Positions 1 to 11,749 of a DNA stretch of 64,000 bases are shown piece by piece. Source of the DNA: Lytechinus pictus (Eukaryota). Every line of letters starts with the position of its first letter. Position 1 is the stretch's first letter. Under the pieces are notes generated by a model. The model did not search any database. It was not told the origin of the DNA and saw only the letters and a program-made list of their open reading frames with translations. The stretch is from assembly GCF_037042905.1 (NCBI RefSeq), contig NC_087251.1, positions 14,324,001 through 14,388,000 on the forward strand. The letters are read 5' to 3'. The translations under genes were made by a program, and so were the position numbers.

Positions 1-100
1 CTCATTATCCAATCGGGTCAGAAGGATTCCCCGGTGCGGTTACGAATTAACTTACATGCTCTTGTAAAAACAGCATGAGATATAGTTTTATAAAACTTAC

Positions 101-329
101 ACTAAAGTGTTGTTTGGTGACATTGTATCCAATGTGTCTAGTTGCCAGCTCACGTAGAATAGGTACAAGGATGTCGAGATCGTCTAAGCCATCAACAGCT
201 GTTCCAACTGTCTCCATGACACGTTTACCGTGTGCTTGAGCTTGTGGATCTCTCAGTAACTGTTGGTATGATAGATTCTTGCTCCCGAATGGGAATAGAT
301 GACCTACATCAGGATTATCCGTTACAAGT
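101..329 (-). CDS. Globin domain 10 central exon (gene continues beyond the window)
   Basis: LVTDNPDVGHLFPFGSK...AQAHGKRV...LATRHIGYNVTKQHFS; 229 nt; donor GTAAGT at 100. Confidence 0.95.
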
Positions 330-611
330 CTGTAGGTTTAGAGAGAGGAAAAATCTGTGAATTAAAGGGTAATTTTTCAGATTTGTTGGTCAAGCTGTCT
401 TCAGGGTATATGCTGAAGATGACATGTACTATATTGAAAGAAATCATTTTGTTGAGTATCAGTTGATTAAGATACGCCTATCCTTTCAATCTGTTGTTCT
501 GGGAGTGGAATTGGGAATGGTTTTAAGCAGTTTAGTCCATGTTAACCATGCACTTATGAACGAACAATTCTTTACAAATCCCCACCGACATAGTTGGGTG
601 ATTCCACTTAC

Positions 612-838
612 TTCGCAAACATGACGGCGCCATGTTTTGCTGGGTTCGAAGCAAGACTTCGCCATGTTCTTTTCACAATCTCCTTCTGCGCTGATGTCGG
701 AGGACCAGCACTTGGAAGGATTTCAGACATTGTGTTTGTGATGAGTTGGAAGACGGCCATCCAGGCACCCTGGATATCTGGAGAGAAGGATGAACCTAGT
801 CCTTCTTTAATGGCATGAATCAGGGCTTCACCTACGAG
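612..838 (-). CDS. Junction exon, domain 9/10
   Basis: LVGEALIHAIKEGLG...KRTWRSLASNPAKHGAVMFA(K); 227 nt. Confidence 0.95.
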
Positions 839-1067
839 CTACATGGATTGAAAATAACGAAATTATATCCAAGATCCCTGGTATGAAGAATCTGAACAAT
901 TATAAGAGAGGAACCATACGATTACAAATATATATTACATTAGATATTTTTCCGTCGTCATTCAACGCTCATTATCCAATCGGGTCAGAAGGATTCCCCG
1001 GTGCGGTTAAGAATTAACTTGCATGCTCTTGTAAAAACAGCATGAGATATAGTTTTATAAAACTTAC

Positions 1068-1296
1068 ACTAAAGTGTTGTTTGGCGACATTGTATCCAAT
1101 GTGTCTAGTTGCCAGCTCACGTAGAATAGGTACAAGGATGTCGAGATCGTCTAAACCATCTACAGCCGTTCCAACTGTCTCCATGACACGTTTACCATGT
1201 GCTTGAGCTTGTGGATCTCTCAGTAGCTGCTGATATGAAAGATTCTTGTTTCCAAATGGGAACAAATGACCTACATCAGGATTGTCCGTTATGAGT
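1068..1296 (-). CDS. Globin domain 9 central exon
   Basis: LITDNPDVGHLFPFGNK...AQAHGKRV...LATRHIGYNVAKQHFS; 229 nt. Confidence 0.95.
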
Positions 1297-1527
1297 CTGT
1301 CAAACCAGTCAAAGAATGCAAGATGTTAATCATAGGCCTATCCAGAACTCTTTACATAAAAGTGATTGGCAAAAGAATCTCGTAATTAAGTGACCCCGGA
1401 GGCCCAACCTTTCCCAATGGTATTTCCTTGATTCTCTGTTGACGTTACAAGAAAGATTTGACCTTGTCTTGTCATTCTTAAAGAACCCTCTTTAGCTAGT
1501 TAATTTTGAAGCTCCCATTTAAAAAAC

Positions 1528-3036
1528 ATAGTGTGAGTAAAAAAAAATTGCACCTCACGAATCCCAATTTAAGAGGAAAATATATCTTGAACACATACTT
1601 ATTATACATGGCCTGAAAAAAGTATATTCTCCCAAATAATTTAGTACCATATTTATGTGGTGTATGTGGATGATCAGGAGGTGTTCTTTACAGTGATGTA
1701 AATTTTGATATGTGCCAAAGTAAGGCATGACTGCACTGAATGAATCCAGATCTCAATGATGTCATAATCCTACAAGGGTTGCATTAAAATCCATTGCAAA
1801 ATATCTTTTCAATAATAATGATACCCCCGCCAAACGAAGTTTGAAGGAATATAGGAATCAGTCGGTCCGTTGCAAATCGTGCGCATCGAACTTCTTCCTC
1901 AGTTTTTGACCAATTTTCATGAAACTTGGAACACATATTGGTGTTTGGGTGAAGATGTACAAGACAGACTTTTCGCATATGTCGGAAATTATGTTGCCAT
2001 GGTAACATAATATTTTGGCTAAAATAAGGTTAAAATCCTGCAATTCAAACTAATTCCTCAGTTTTTAACCAATTCTCACGAAATTTTGTACACACATTGG
2101 TATTGATGTGAAGGTGTGCAAGACATATTTTGTGTGTCAGAATTCATGTTGCCATGGTAACGACATATTGTATGACAAAAATTGGGTAATAAACTTTGTC
2201 TTAATTACTTCATCAATTTTCAACCAATCTCATGAAATTCGGCTCACACTTTGGAAACGAGGTAAATGTGTGCGAGACACATCTTTTGTGTGTGTCGGAA
2301 ATCGTATTGCCACGGTAACAATATCATAGGCCCCAGATTAGGTAAAAATCCATTGGTTCGAACTATATGATTAGTTTTCAACCAATTCTGATGAAATTTG
2401 GCTCACACATTGGTCTCGAGGTAAAGATGTTTAGGGCATGTTTTTGCATGTGTCGGAAATCTTGTGCCATGGTAACGATATATAATATGTAAAAAATTAT
2501 CGAAAAATCTTGCGGTTCGAACAACTTCATCAGTATCTACATGTTACCAAATCTCATATTTTGCTAACACATAGTTCTTGGGGTAAAAATGGGAAAGATC
2601 AATATTTTTTCCCCATGTGTTGGAAACTGTTGCCATGATAACGGAGTAGGGCGCGGGTGTTAATCACCTTCAGTGATAGTTCTATTTAACATTAGAATGA
2701 TTTATAATGAACACTTTTTAGATATTAATTCTCAAGTTCATTTTATTTAAAAGGGGTTTGCAAATATGTTCACTAACTCGTGTAGGATTATGACATCATT
2801 GGCATCTGGATTCATTCATTGCAGTCATGCCTATACTTTGGTACAACTCGAACTTTACATCACAGTAAGAAATACATCCTGATTATCGAAGCGTTAACAC
2901 ATACCACCTGAACATGGTATCAAATTATTTGGCAAAAGATACTCTTTCAGGCTATATATAATAATTATTTGTTCATAGAATATTTTTTCCTTGATTGGGG
3001 ATTTGTGAGGTGACAAGTTTGTGTTGACTCACACAA
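1528..3036. mobile_element. Degenerate fold-back / long-TIR non-autonomous DNA transposon (possibly Tc1-like), interrupted by a second element
   Basis: Arms at about 1528-1815 and 2735-3036 are inverted copies; for example 1725-1774 matches the reverse complement of 2781-2831. Ends read tagtgtgagtaa and ttgactcacacaat. Confidence 0.7.
1819..2687 (+). mobile_element. Helentron/HINE (DINE-1-like) non-autonomous element with internal tandem repeats of about 157 bp
   Basis: 5' ATACCCCCGCC, degenerate inverted copy GGGCGCGGGTGT near 2649, 3' hairpin ATCAC-CTTCA-GTGAT; five internal units marked by TGCCATGGTAAC-like motifs. Confidence 0.6.
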
Positions 3037-3081
3037 TTTAAAATAAAAACAAGTGAGGAGTTTTTTTAGCATACAACTTAC

Positions 3082-3308
3082 TTAGCGAACATCACGGAAC
3101 CATGCTGTGCAGGGCTCGGTGCTAGAGTTCGCCATGTTCGTTTCACGAGCTCTTTCTGTGCTGATGTTGGAGGACCAACACTGGGAAGAATTTCAGACAT
3201 TGTGTTTGTGATGAGCTGGAAGACTGCCATCCAGGCACTCAGGATATCTGGAGAGAAGGTTTTACCTAGTCCTTCTTTGATGGCATGAATCAGGGCTGCC
3301 CCTACAGA
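3082..3308 (-). CDS. Junction exon, domain 8/9
   Basis: SVGAALIHAIKEGLG...KRTWRTLAPSPAQHGSVMFA(K); 227 nt. Confidence 0.95.
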
Positions 3309-3654
3309 CTGTTTGAACAAAAAAAAGGTATTAGTATCCAATATTTCTGGTTAGATGAAACTGAACACTTTAAAATACTGTAGTTCGCCTTCATTTCATT
3401 TTGAAATTATTTCCACAGATTCGAAATGTTACAAAACTTTGATATGAGATAAATATGCTGAACAACCTTTAAATAAATTATGATGAATATAAAATGTAAT
3501 TAGCAACCATTCTATACGATCCATGAATGAAGTGCATAACGGAAATTTGGATGAAACCCTAGAAGCAGAACGCTTGTAGACAAGGTCCCCTTGTTATCCA
3601 TTACTTTTTAAAATATTTATTACTACATGTGACTACATTGGGTAAGACTAAATA

Positions 3655-3915
3655 TTCCTTCAGCAAGGAAGTCATCCACAGTGTGCTGCACTCGACCCAG
3701 GTGAGGTAAATGGGTACCGGCAGGAAGTAATTCCTCAAAAAGCTGTGTGCACCTGAATAGGTAGCCTAGCTTAGCCGGGTAATTATAATAGCAGGGCTCA
3801 CTGGGAGAACAGTTTTCGGAACTGAAGTGGCTACCCTGGGTAAATATACCGTTATTATTATTAGTTCATTATTATTATTATTATTATCATAATTATTATT
3901 ATTATTATTATTTAT
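3655..3915 (+). mobile_element. 5'-truncated SINE with (ATT)n tail
   Basis: Core CTCGACCCAGGTGAGGTAAATGGGTACC shared with the copies at 21.2 kb and 6.5-6.9 kb. Confidence 0.75.
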
Positions 3916-4090
3916 TAGATATGTATTACAATTCTAGATTTCGAAATCACCATCTGTCACAACACACCGTTTAATGTGCTTTATCCAATCTGATTAGAGG
4001 AATTCTCCGAATTTTGGTTTAAAATGTACTTTGGGGATATCTAGAAATAGTGTAAGATGAGGTCCTCAATCATGGCCTTTATATACTAAC

Positions 4091-4319
4091 GCTAAAGTGT
4101 TGTTTGGTGACATTGTAGCCGATATGTCTAGTTGCTAGCTCACGTAGAATTGGTACAAGGATGTCGAAATCGTCTAAACCATCAACAGCCGTTCCAACTG
4201 TCTCCATGACACGTTTACCATGTGCTAGAGTTTGTGGATCCCTCAGCAGCTCTTGATATGAAAGATTTTTGCTGCCGAATGGGAACAGATGACCTACATC
4301 AGGATTGTCCGTTACAAGT
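4091..4319 (-). CDS. Globin domain 8 central exon
   Basis: LVTDNPDVGHLFPFGSK...TLAHGKRV...LATRHIGYNVTKQHFS; 229 nt. Confidence 0.95.
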
Positions 4320-4569
4320 CTGTAGAAAAATAGAGATAAATTGACGATTGCAGATCAAGTACTTCTACATGTAAATGCTGAACAGGACGTTAGCAATAAT
4401 AAGCTGAATTGATATAGTTTTCGTATAAAAGATTTTTCATTATTTTTCCTCGGATTACTTAATTTGGAGGTGTTTAGGCAGGTTGGGTTAAAGAAGACCA
4501 TTATAATGAGTATATCTTTGAAGACGGTATCATGCATCAACAGAGATGTGTGAGTGTGACTCAACTTAC

Positions 4570-4796
4570 TTGGCAAACATCACGGCGCCATGCCTTGCTA
4601 GATTTGGAGCGAGTTTTCGCCATGTTCGTTTCACAATCTCCTTTTGCGCTGATGTCGGGGGTGCAATGTCTGGGAGGATTTCAGACATCGTGTTTGTAAT
4701 GAGGTCGAAGGTAGCGACCCAGGCACTCTGAATACTTGGAGAGAAGGATGAACCTAGTCCTTCTTTGATGGCATGAATCAGGGCTGCTCCTACACA
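4570..4796 (-). CDS. Junction exon, domain 7/8
   Basis: CVGAALIHAIKEGLG...KRTWRKLAPNLARHGAVMFA(K); 227 nt. Confidence 0.95.
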
Positions 4797-4984
4797 CTGG
4801 TTGAAATAAGCAACAGCGTGAGCAAATTATTAATTCACCATAATATACCGTCAATTATTATTCAGCATGTTACAATATCAGCGCGAATTATTGTAATGTT
4901 TCAAGAACTATTGGTATCTGGATTTTAAAAAATATGAGCGGTTAGAAATGTTTTCTTGTAAATGTAATTTGGTTACCATTGTAC

Positions 4985-5213
4985 CTTGAAGTGTTGCTTT
5001 GTGACTTTGTAGCCAATATGTCTCGTCGCCAATTCTTTCAAAATGGGAACAAGGAGATTCAGATCGTCCAAGCCTGCTACAGCCGTTCCAACTGTCTCCA
5101 TAACACGTTTACCGTGTGATTGAGCTTGTGGATTCCTCAGTAGCTGCTGATATGAAAGATTCTTGTTTCCGAATGGGAATAGATGACCTACATCAGGATT
5201 GTCCGTTACAAGT
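4985..5213 (-). CDS. Globin domain 7 central exon
   Basis: LVTDNPDVGHLFPFGNK...AQSHGKRV...LATRHIGYKVTKQHFK; 229 nt. Confidence 0.95.
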
Positions 5214-6490
5214 CTGTAATTTATAAGATAATCCGTTATGAGTACGAATTAGGCAGAATAAAACCTGGTATTAGCCTATTTGAATTTTAGATTGACGTGC
5301 CAAAAAGACCGTTGCTATAAATCTTGGAGTTCTGAGTTTATATGTAATATTTACGAAAAGGAAATGTATATGATGAAGTGAGGCAAATCTCAATGTACAC
5401 TCCTATTTTTTTTCCAAATAAGTTTTAAGCATGACGATACTACTTTTGTGACATGGACTCATATGGTATACAAAAAATACTCATGGAATTATTTGGAAAA
5501 AAATATTCAAGGTTTTTAGAACGTATTTTGCCCAATTCAAAGTGCAAAGTATATAGCAAACCGTCTGAAGTTATAGACTATTTAAGAATGGAGTTCCGTG
5601 TATGCACTAATATCCACATGTGATTGGCCAGAAGTTTGGGTGTCCGGCTATAGCTGTGCACACGAGAAGCAGTAGTTTAGTAAAAGTAGACGTTATTGAA
5701 TAACATTTGGTCTGTCACTAATTTCAATTTACATAGAGCCATAGTGGAATGAAATTCGTTTAGCGATTAATTGCATTCCACAATATGTTCCTTTTCCGAA
5801 AAACCCTGTCTATCATGACTTTTGTATACCATTTTCCTTATTTTGCTTACATTTGGGAGACATTTCTATAGTTGCACTGACTATTATGATTTTCGATCAC
5901 ATAAGTCGTGATAATAACAACATAATTCAATAGATGTTATGGTAACTTATTAGAACACACAATGGTCATAATCTTCCTTATATATAGTTGATTCTGTCTG
6001 TAAGCGGATCCGCAATTTAACACAATGTCTAACATCCTAAAAATACACTGATGGGTAAATAGACTTCAGAGTAGACCAATATTTTCAGATTTTCCATAAA
6101 GACTGGAAATTATCTTACTGGGCGATCGTTCATTAAACCTTTGTTGACCATACAAAGGCAATATCATGTAGACCTTCGTCCTCTAAATTTGAATAATGCC
6201 ATATAGGCTCAAGGTTGATGTCTTTACTTTTATATTTTACATTATATTCTTACATTTTCCAAAGTAAATTTGTCTATATTGAAGCGTAAATGCTTACTCC
6301 TTATGTATCAGCAATTACTATTCTAAAAATTAAATTCAATACTTTAGCCTTTTGATTTATAGCACTGTTAAACAAAAGAATATTCAATTCATTGCCAACG
6401 TGTAATCGTAATAATGCCAACGTACAGGAGTATATTCATGTAAGATAGCAAAATAGACTTGTTAACTCATTTCATTAACATATTTCATCC

Positions 6491-6494
<4 letters not shown>

Positions 6495-6522
<28 letters not shown>

Positions 6523-6862
6523 GCTTTTATATAGCGCTTAATACATCGGGACGACGTGTCTAAGCGCTTTAAAAATAATTATATTATAACCCCGGTCATC
6601 GGATTCAATCAGTTATTCCCGCACACAATGTGTGCAAATCCTCCACTCCCTGGGGAGTATTCCAGTCAGTCGCCGGTGAGGCGCACACAGTACTGGACAA
6701 ACTACAATGACTTTTACATCCTACCGGGTACCCATTTAGCACCTGGGTCGAGAGTGGCAAAGTGTGGAATGGTCTTGCCGAAGAACGCCAGACCGAGGTG
6801 GGATTCGAACACACGACTCCCTGTTTACAAGGCGAGAGTCAGAACCACTACACCACGGCTCC
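6495..6862 (-). mobile_element. tRNA-derived SINE, full length
   Basis: Minus strand: A box TGGTGTAGTGG, B box GTTCGAATCC, core CTCGACCCAGGTGCTAAATGGGTACC, (ATT)n tail. Confidence 0.8.
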
Positions 6863-7030
6863 TCCTATCTATTTCAAACCGTAATTGTATTAGTTCCTTT
6901 TTCAACGATTTTCATTAGACCGTTTTATTTTATTTCGATCTCGATAAACGGTATATAAAATTGCTATACAATATCCATGAGCTTTCTTTTTTGTCTTTTC
7001 TTTTCTGTTCTCATGTTCCTCTCCCTATGA

Positions 7031-7067
<37 letters not shown>

Positions 7068-7076
7068 CCTCTCTCT
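7031..7076. repeat. (CT)n microsatellite
   Basis: Directly visible. Confidence 0.9.
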
Positions 7077-7455
7077 TTTATTTGGTCCCCATGAAAGACC
7101 AGCTGTACATAATTGTAATTGGTGCAGCTAAATATGGGTTATCCAACCGTATTTTGTCTTAAGTACATGGTCTTTTGTCATTTATCTTTAAACTTCCTTA
7201 GCATGTTTAAAGCAATAATGTTTTTTATCAACGTTTAGAATTTATTTCATTATGTAGGTATATGTTACTCTTTGAGTCTCTTTACATGTATATATTGTTG
7301 TGTATTTTTATGAAGGAAATGAAGAACAAAACAACAATCAATTAAATTTACATGTATATTCGGCAAGATTTGTGTTTAATTCAAAGTATTTTTGCATTTG
7401 CATGGATACAGAGCGTGATATAGAAAGCTTCTTTTTGCTGAAAATGGACACTTAC

Positions 7456-7694
7456 TTTGCAAACATGACGGCTCCGTGTTTAGTGTGGTTCGTGGCAAGT
7501 TTCTTCCAAGTGGTTTGGACCAGTTTTCTTTGTTCGCGTGTCAGGGGTCCTTGTTCATCCTCAGAATCGGGAAGTATTTCAGACATGATGTTTGCAACAA
7601 GAGTGAATACGGCCATCCAGGCACCTTTAGTCTCACTGTCAAATGCATTTCCTAACCCCTTCTCTATTGCGTAGAACAGTGCTTTACCAACAGC
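7456..7694 (-). CDS. Junction exon, domain 6/7
   Basis: AVGKALFYAIEKGLG...ILPDSEDEQGPLTREQRKLVQTTW...HGAVMFA(K); 239 nt, the longest linker. Confidence 0.95.
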
Positions 7695-7964
7695 CTGTTA
7701 ACAGACAAAAATGAAAATAAGTTGGCGACACGTTTTACTGCAAGCCACTTTGTTTATGTAATTTCAAGATGTTTAACATGTTTAATTTCAACATTCCGTC
7801 TATTCCGCACAGATTACATTAGGCTGTAAAACTATCACGTTTTAGAAAAATGTAACCAGAGAACATCTTCAGAATCTATTATAATAGTTCTAATCATGCA
7901 CAGTGAGTGATCTTGTATGCGCATCACCAATGAAATTGAAGCAAGTCAGTAACAGCACACAAAC

Positions 7965-8193
7965 CTCCAAGTGTTTCTTGTTCACATTGTACTCGATGTG
8001 TCTCTTTGCGAGGTCTTGGAGAATTGGTACAAGGAGATCCAGGTTGTTCAAGCCATCTACTACATGCCCGATGGTTTGCATCACCTTCTTACCATGTGCT
8101 TTGACTGAGTCGTCCCAGAGCAACTGGTGGTAGGTCATACCCCGATCTCCAAACGGGAAGAGACGACCTACTTCAGGGTGATCTGTGACCAGT
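7965..8193 (-). CDS. Globin domain 6 central exon
   Basis: LVTDHPEVGRLFPFGDRGMTYHQLLWDDSVKAHGKKV...LAKRHIEYNVNKKHLE; 229 nt. Confidence 0.95.
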
Positions 8194-8371
8194 CTAGAAA
8201 TAATAATAATATTAATAATGATGATGACGATGATGATGATGATGTTAACAATACAACAACTAACTGCTGAGATTTTACAGCGAAAAAAAATATTATTAGA
8301 AAATCAAACCTTTAACTCAGTCATAACAATCACCATAGAATTGTCACTAAGACGTTCTAACTCTCACGAAC

Positions 8372-8607
8372 CTTGCGAACATGACGGCGCCGTGTCTTCC
8401 CGGATCTTTTCCGAGCGTCTTCCACGTTCTCTGCACAATTTCTTTTTGGTTGCTTGTTATCATGCCATCATCAGGGGCACCGACGAGCTGCTCTGATATG
8501 GTTTCTTCAATGAGCTGCCAGAAGATGAGCCAAGCATTCTTGGTGTTGTCGTTGAAGGAATTCCCAAGTGTTTCCTTGAGAGTGTTCATCAAAGCGGTTC
8601 CTATTGG
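8372..8607 (-). CDS. Junction exon, domain 5/6
   Basis: PIGTALMNTLKETLG...QRTWKTLGKDPGRHGAVMFA(R); 236 nt. Confidence 0.95.
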
Positions 8608-8880
8608 CTGTGATAGTAAACAATTATGGAAGTGGAAATAAACGTGTCTTGCCGGTGTAAATAGTCAAATGATTTATATTTTCACACCCAATATCATCTT
8701 CCGTTCATTGTAAAACTACAAAGCCTAGATAACATTTAACATATCCTCTTTATATTTTAGTAATATTTAGGGTCTGATATGAATACACATTTTGAAAAAA
8801 ACACAAAGAGAGGCAGTGTTGCAAAAGTTACAAATACTGTAGGAAATTCACAAATAAAAAGTTGGTTGTTGGGAACTTAC

Positions 8881-9109
8881 AGCAAAATCGCTTTTAGTCA
8901 CTCCATATGAGACGTGCCTTTTCCCAAGTTCACTGAGAACCGGAAGTAGTTTGTCAGGGTTATCTAACACTCGGATGGCATCACCTATTGTCTGCATAAC
9001 CAGAAGACCTTGTGCCTTGAGCTTGTCGTCCATGAGAAGACTCTGGTATGACTGGTTCCGACCACCAAACGGGAAGAGCCTTCCTATATTTGGATGATCA
9101 GTAACTAAC
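8881..9109 (-). CDS. Globin domain 5 central exon (E7 Gln)
   Basis: LVTDHPNIGRLFPFGGRNQSYQSLLMDDKLKAQGLLV...LGKRHVSYGVTKSDFA; 229 nt. Confidence 0.95.
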
Positions 9110-11525
9110 CTGGAATCAACACAGAGGTTTCATTTTTTACTTGCATCTGCTAAATACTTAACATGATATATCAAAATACTAAAATAATGAAGAATATTAC
9201 TCTGATCGATGTAGAAAAAGGCGCCAGAATGTATATCACATTAGTGCTGACCGGCGAGTGAAAATAAACAATAAAGCTGATATATAATATGGACAGGGCA
9301 ATATCAAATCCGCGCTATTCATTATTACTACATGGGTTTGTGATTTTGAGATGATTTGAAAGCATCATTGAAGTCAAGGGTCAACTAAGGTGGATAAAAT
9401 TGAGATTTCACTGCACCGACATACACTGCATATCAATGTTTTACATTAATGTAAAGAAAGGGAACGAGAGAGTTACCTTGTGAAAGTCATATTTTGATTT
9501 ATGAGAACTGTCGCTTTCTTTCCTAATTTCACACCCCATGTCAGTGTCATTTTTCTAAATGATCACGACAACGAAGAGCAAGATTTTACTGGATTGTCTT
9601 TGTTTCCAATTCATGATTTGAATATCTTCTTGAGCATTTTGCACTTAGCAAGAATAGAAATAATATATCAGTACCATTATACCATTATAAAATAAATAGT
9701 TCATTATCATGATATAAATGATAGTTACAACTTCTCCTCATTTTGAAACTGTTTTTCAAGGTCAGTTTGAATGTTGACATAAGGCTGTTTTGAAAAATAC
9801 AGTAAATCAATATTGAATCAGCCGATCGGCAACTTCGTTGCATTGAAATGATATGTGTTTACTTTGTTATTGGATGATTAAGATATTAATAATTTGCCTA
9901 TTCTCTCTCTCTCTATCTCCCTTTTTGTGGGGGGGGGGGGAGCATCATTACCCCCATAAATATACTGTTAGATTACAAAGCTTACGAATGTGAAGTGAAG
10001 AAAAGATATTTTTAAAGAAAACCTCTATTTGCAAAATGCAAAATTTGTTATGTATTTTGTATCTGATATTTATCTTAAGGTTCCCGTTTCAATATTGCCA
10101 AATATCAGAAAGGAATCTTTAGAAAATATATACAAAGTATAAGTAGAGAAGCTTTAATTGGCCGCGTGTTCTCAAACACCTGACTATAAACATACGAAAA
10201 GTCCAGGGTTAAATTATCCTGTCACAGCCCTTGAGGAATGTATTTTATATTCATTATATATTACATTAGTTAAATGAAAGTGCTGCAGGCATGATTGATA
10301 TCGACGTGTACGCGTATTTTTAAGGACCTTATACACAAGAGTGTCGAATAAGTTATTAAAAAAAATAATGAAGCGGAACTTAAACACATGTTTTGTCTAA
10401 CCATGGACCTACATGGTCTAACAGTATTATTCCTTAATTGTATTTGAATGTATTCATATCTCCATGATGTAAGCGAGTGGAGGCTTAGAGAAAGAGATCG
10501 CCATCAAGTCAAAGTTCCTTGCAACAGCTGATGTATCATTCTTAGTCAGAATGCCCTTTGGACCCATTTTACCCATCACGAGTTTGCGTAGTTCGGATGA
10601 GGTGAAGATAAGGATACGTTTTTGCAGTATTCTTAAACAGGGAAATTCCTCTCCCAAGTTTGTTTAATGAAATCAACACCCATGTGTGAACAGAGATGAT
10701 CAGACCATTGCATCGTACATTCTGGCAACGTTATGTTCATACTGTTAGTCAGTATAAAAGTACTGAAAATCAACTTATTTATTTACAAACGTGTAAGAGG
10801 TTGATTGACCGTATTATTATTCAATTCATATGATGCGCTTAAACGATTACAAAATGAAATTCTTGCCATTTTATTATACCGCCCCTTCAATTTTACCCCC
10901 ACACATTACACTTTAAAAGTGACATATTTGAGACTAACACAGAGACCCTGTACTATACATGTATATATATGTAAATAACATTTATACATATACATATATT
11001 TAATATTAATAAATTCATCATTTCCTGATGAAGCCCTATGGGCAAAAATTTGATCTATTTTTTCTCTCTCCGGTTGTTTTATTCACCTTGCATTTTGTTT
11101 TATATAAATTTAAATACACATATTAATAAAGAATAGACCTGATAATAATACCTAACAATATGTAACATTATGAACCGATCCACACTTACATTCCTAGAGA
11201 ATAGGGCACTGCCTCATTTACTTCTCGTTAAACAGTTGTACACAGAGCAAATGAGGCAGAGCGTAATTCATTCGTAATTGTTACAAGGATCATTAATTTG
11301 GGTAATTTTAGCTGCCCCTCTGCCTCTTGTCTCTTTATGTTCGTATTGTAGTTTTCTTTGATTTCCATCGCACAATTCTCTATCACTCCTCCTCTATCTC
11401 ACTTGTCTATTCTCGACAAAAGACGAGATAATTCTTTTAAAATTATATGGAAGGAAGAAACAAATTAGCGATGCAAACAGTAAACAACTGTCGACACAGC
11501 AAATAAACAATTTTTTGGTACTCAC

Positions 11526-11749
11526 TTTGCAAACAGGATGGCGCCACACTTGGCTTTCTCCGGTGCCACTATCCTCCAGGAACCTTTGATGAGGTTCTTC
11601 TGTTCGGTGGTCAATCCACCTGCTGGTAGCAATGGTGCCATGGTCTCAGCTATAACTGAGAAGACAATTGACCATGCAGCCTCCAGCTCCGATGTGAACC
11701 TGCTTCCCAGACCCACGCGTAGTGCATGTATCAGAGACTCACCTACAGG
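11526..11749 (-). CDS. Junction exon, domain 4/5
   Basis: PVGESLIHALRVGLG...KGSWRIVAPEKAKCGAILFA(K); 224 nt; donor GTGAGT. Confidence 0.95.

Noticed and set aside
6790..6862. tRNA gene (likewise at about 21172-21235)
   Set aside because: A and B boxes are present but run into a SINE core and ATT tail, and I could not build a clean cloverleaf.
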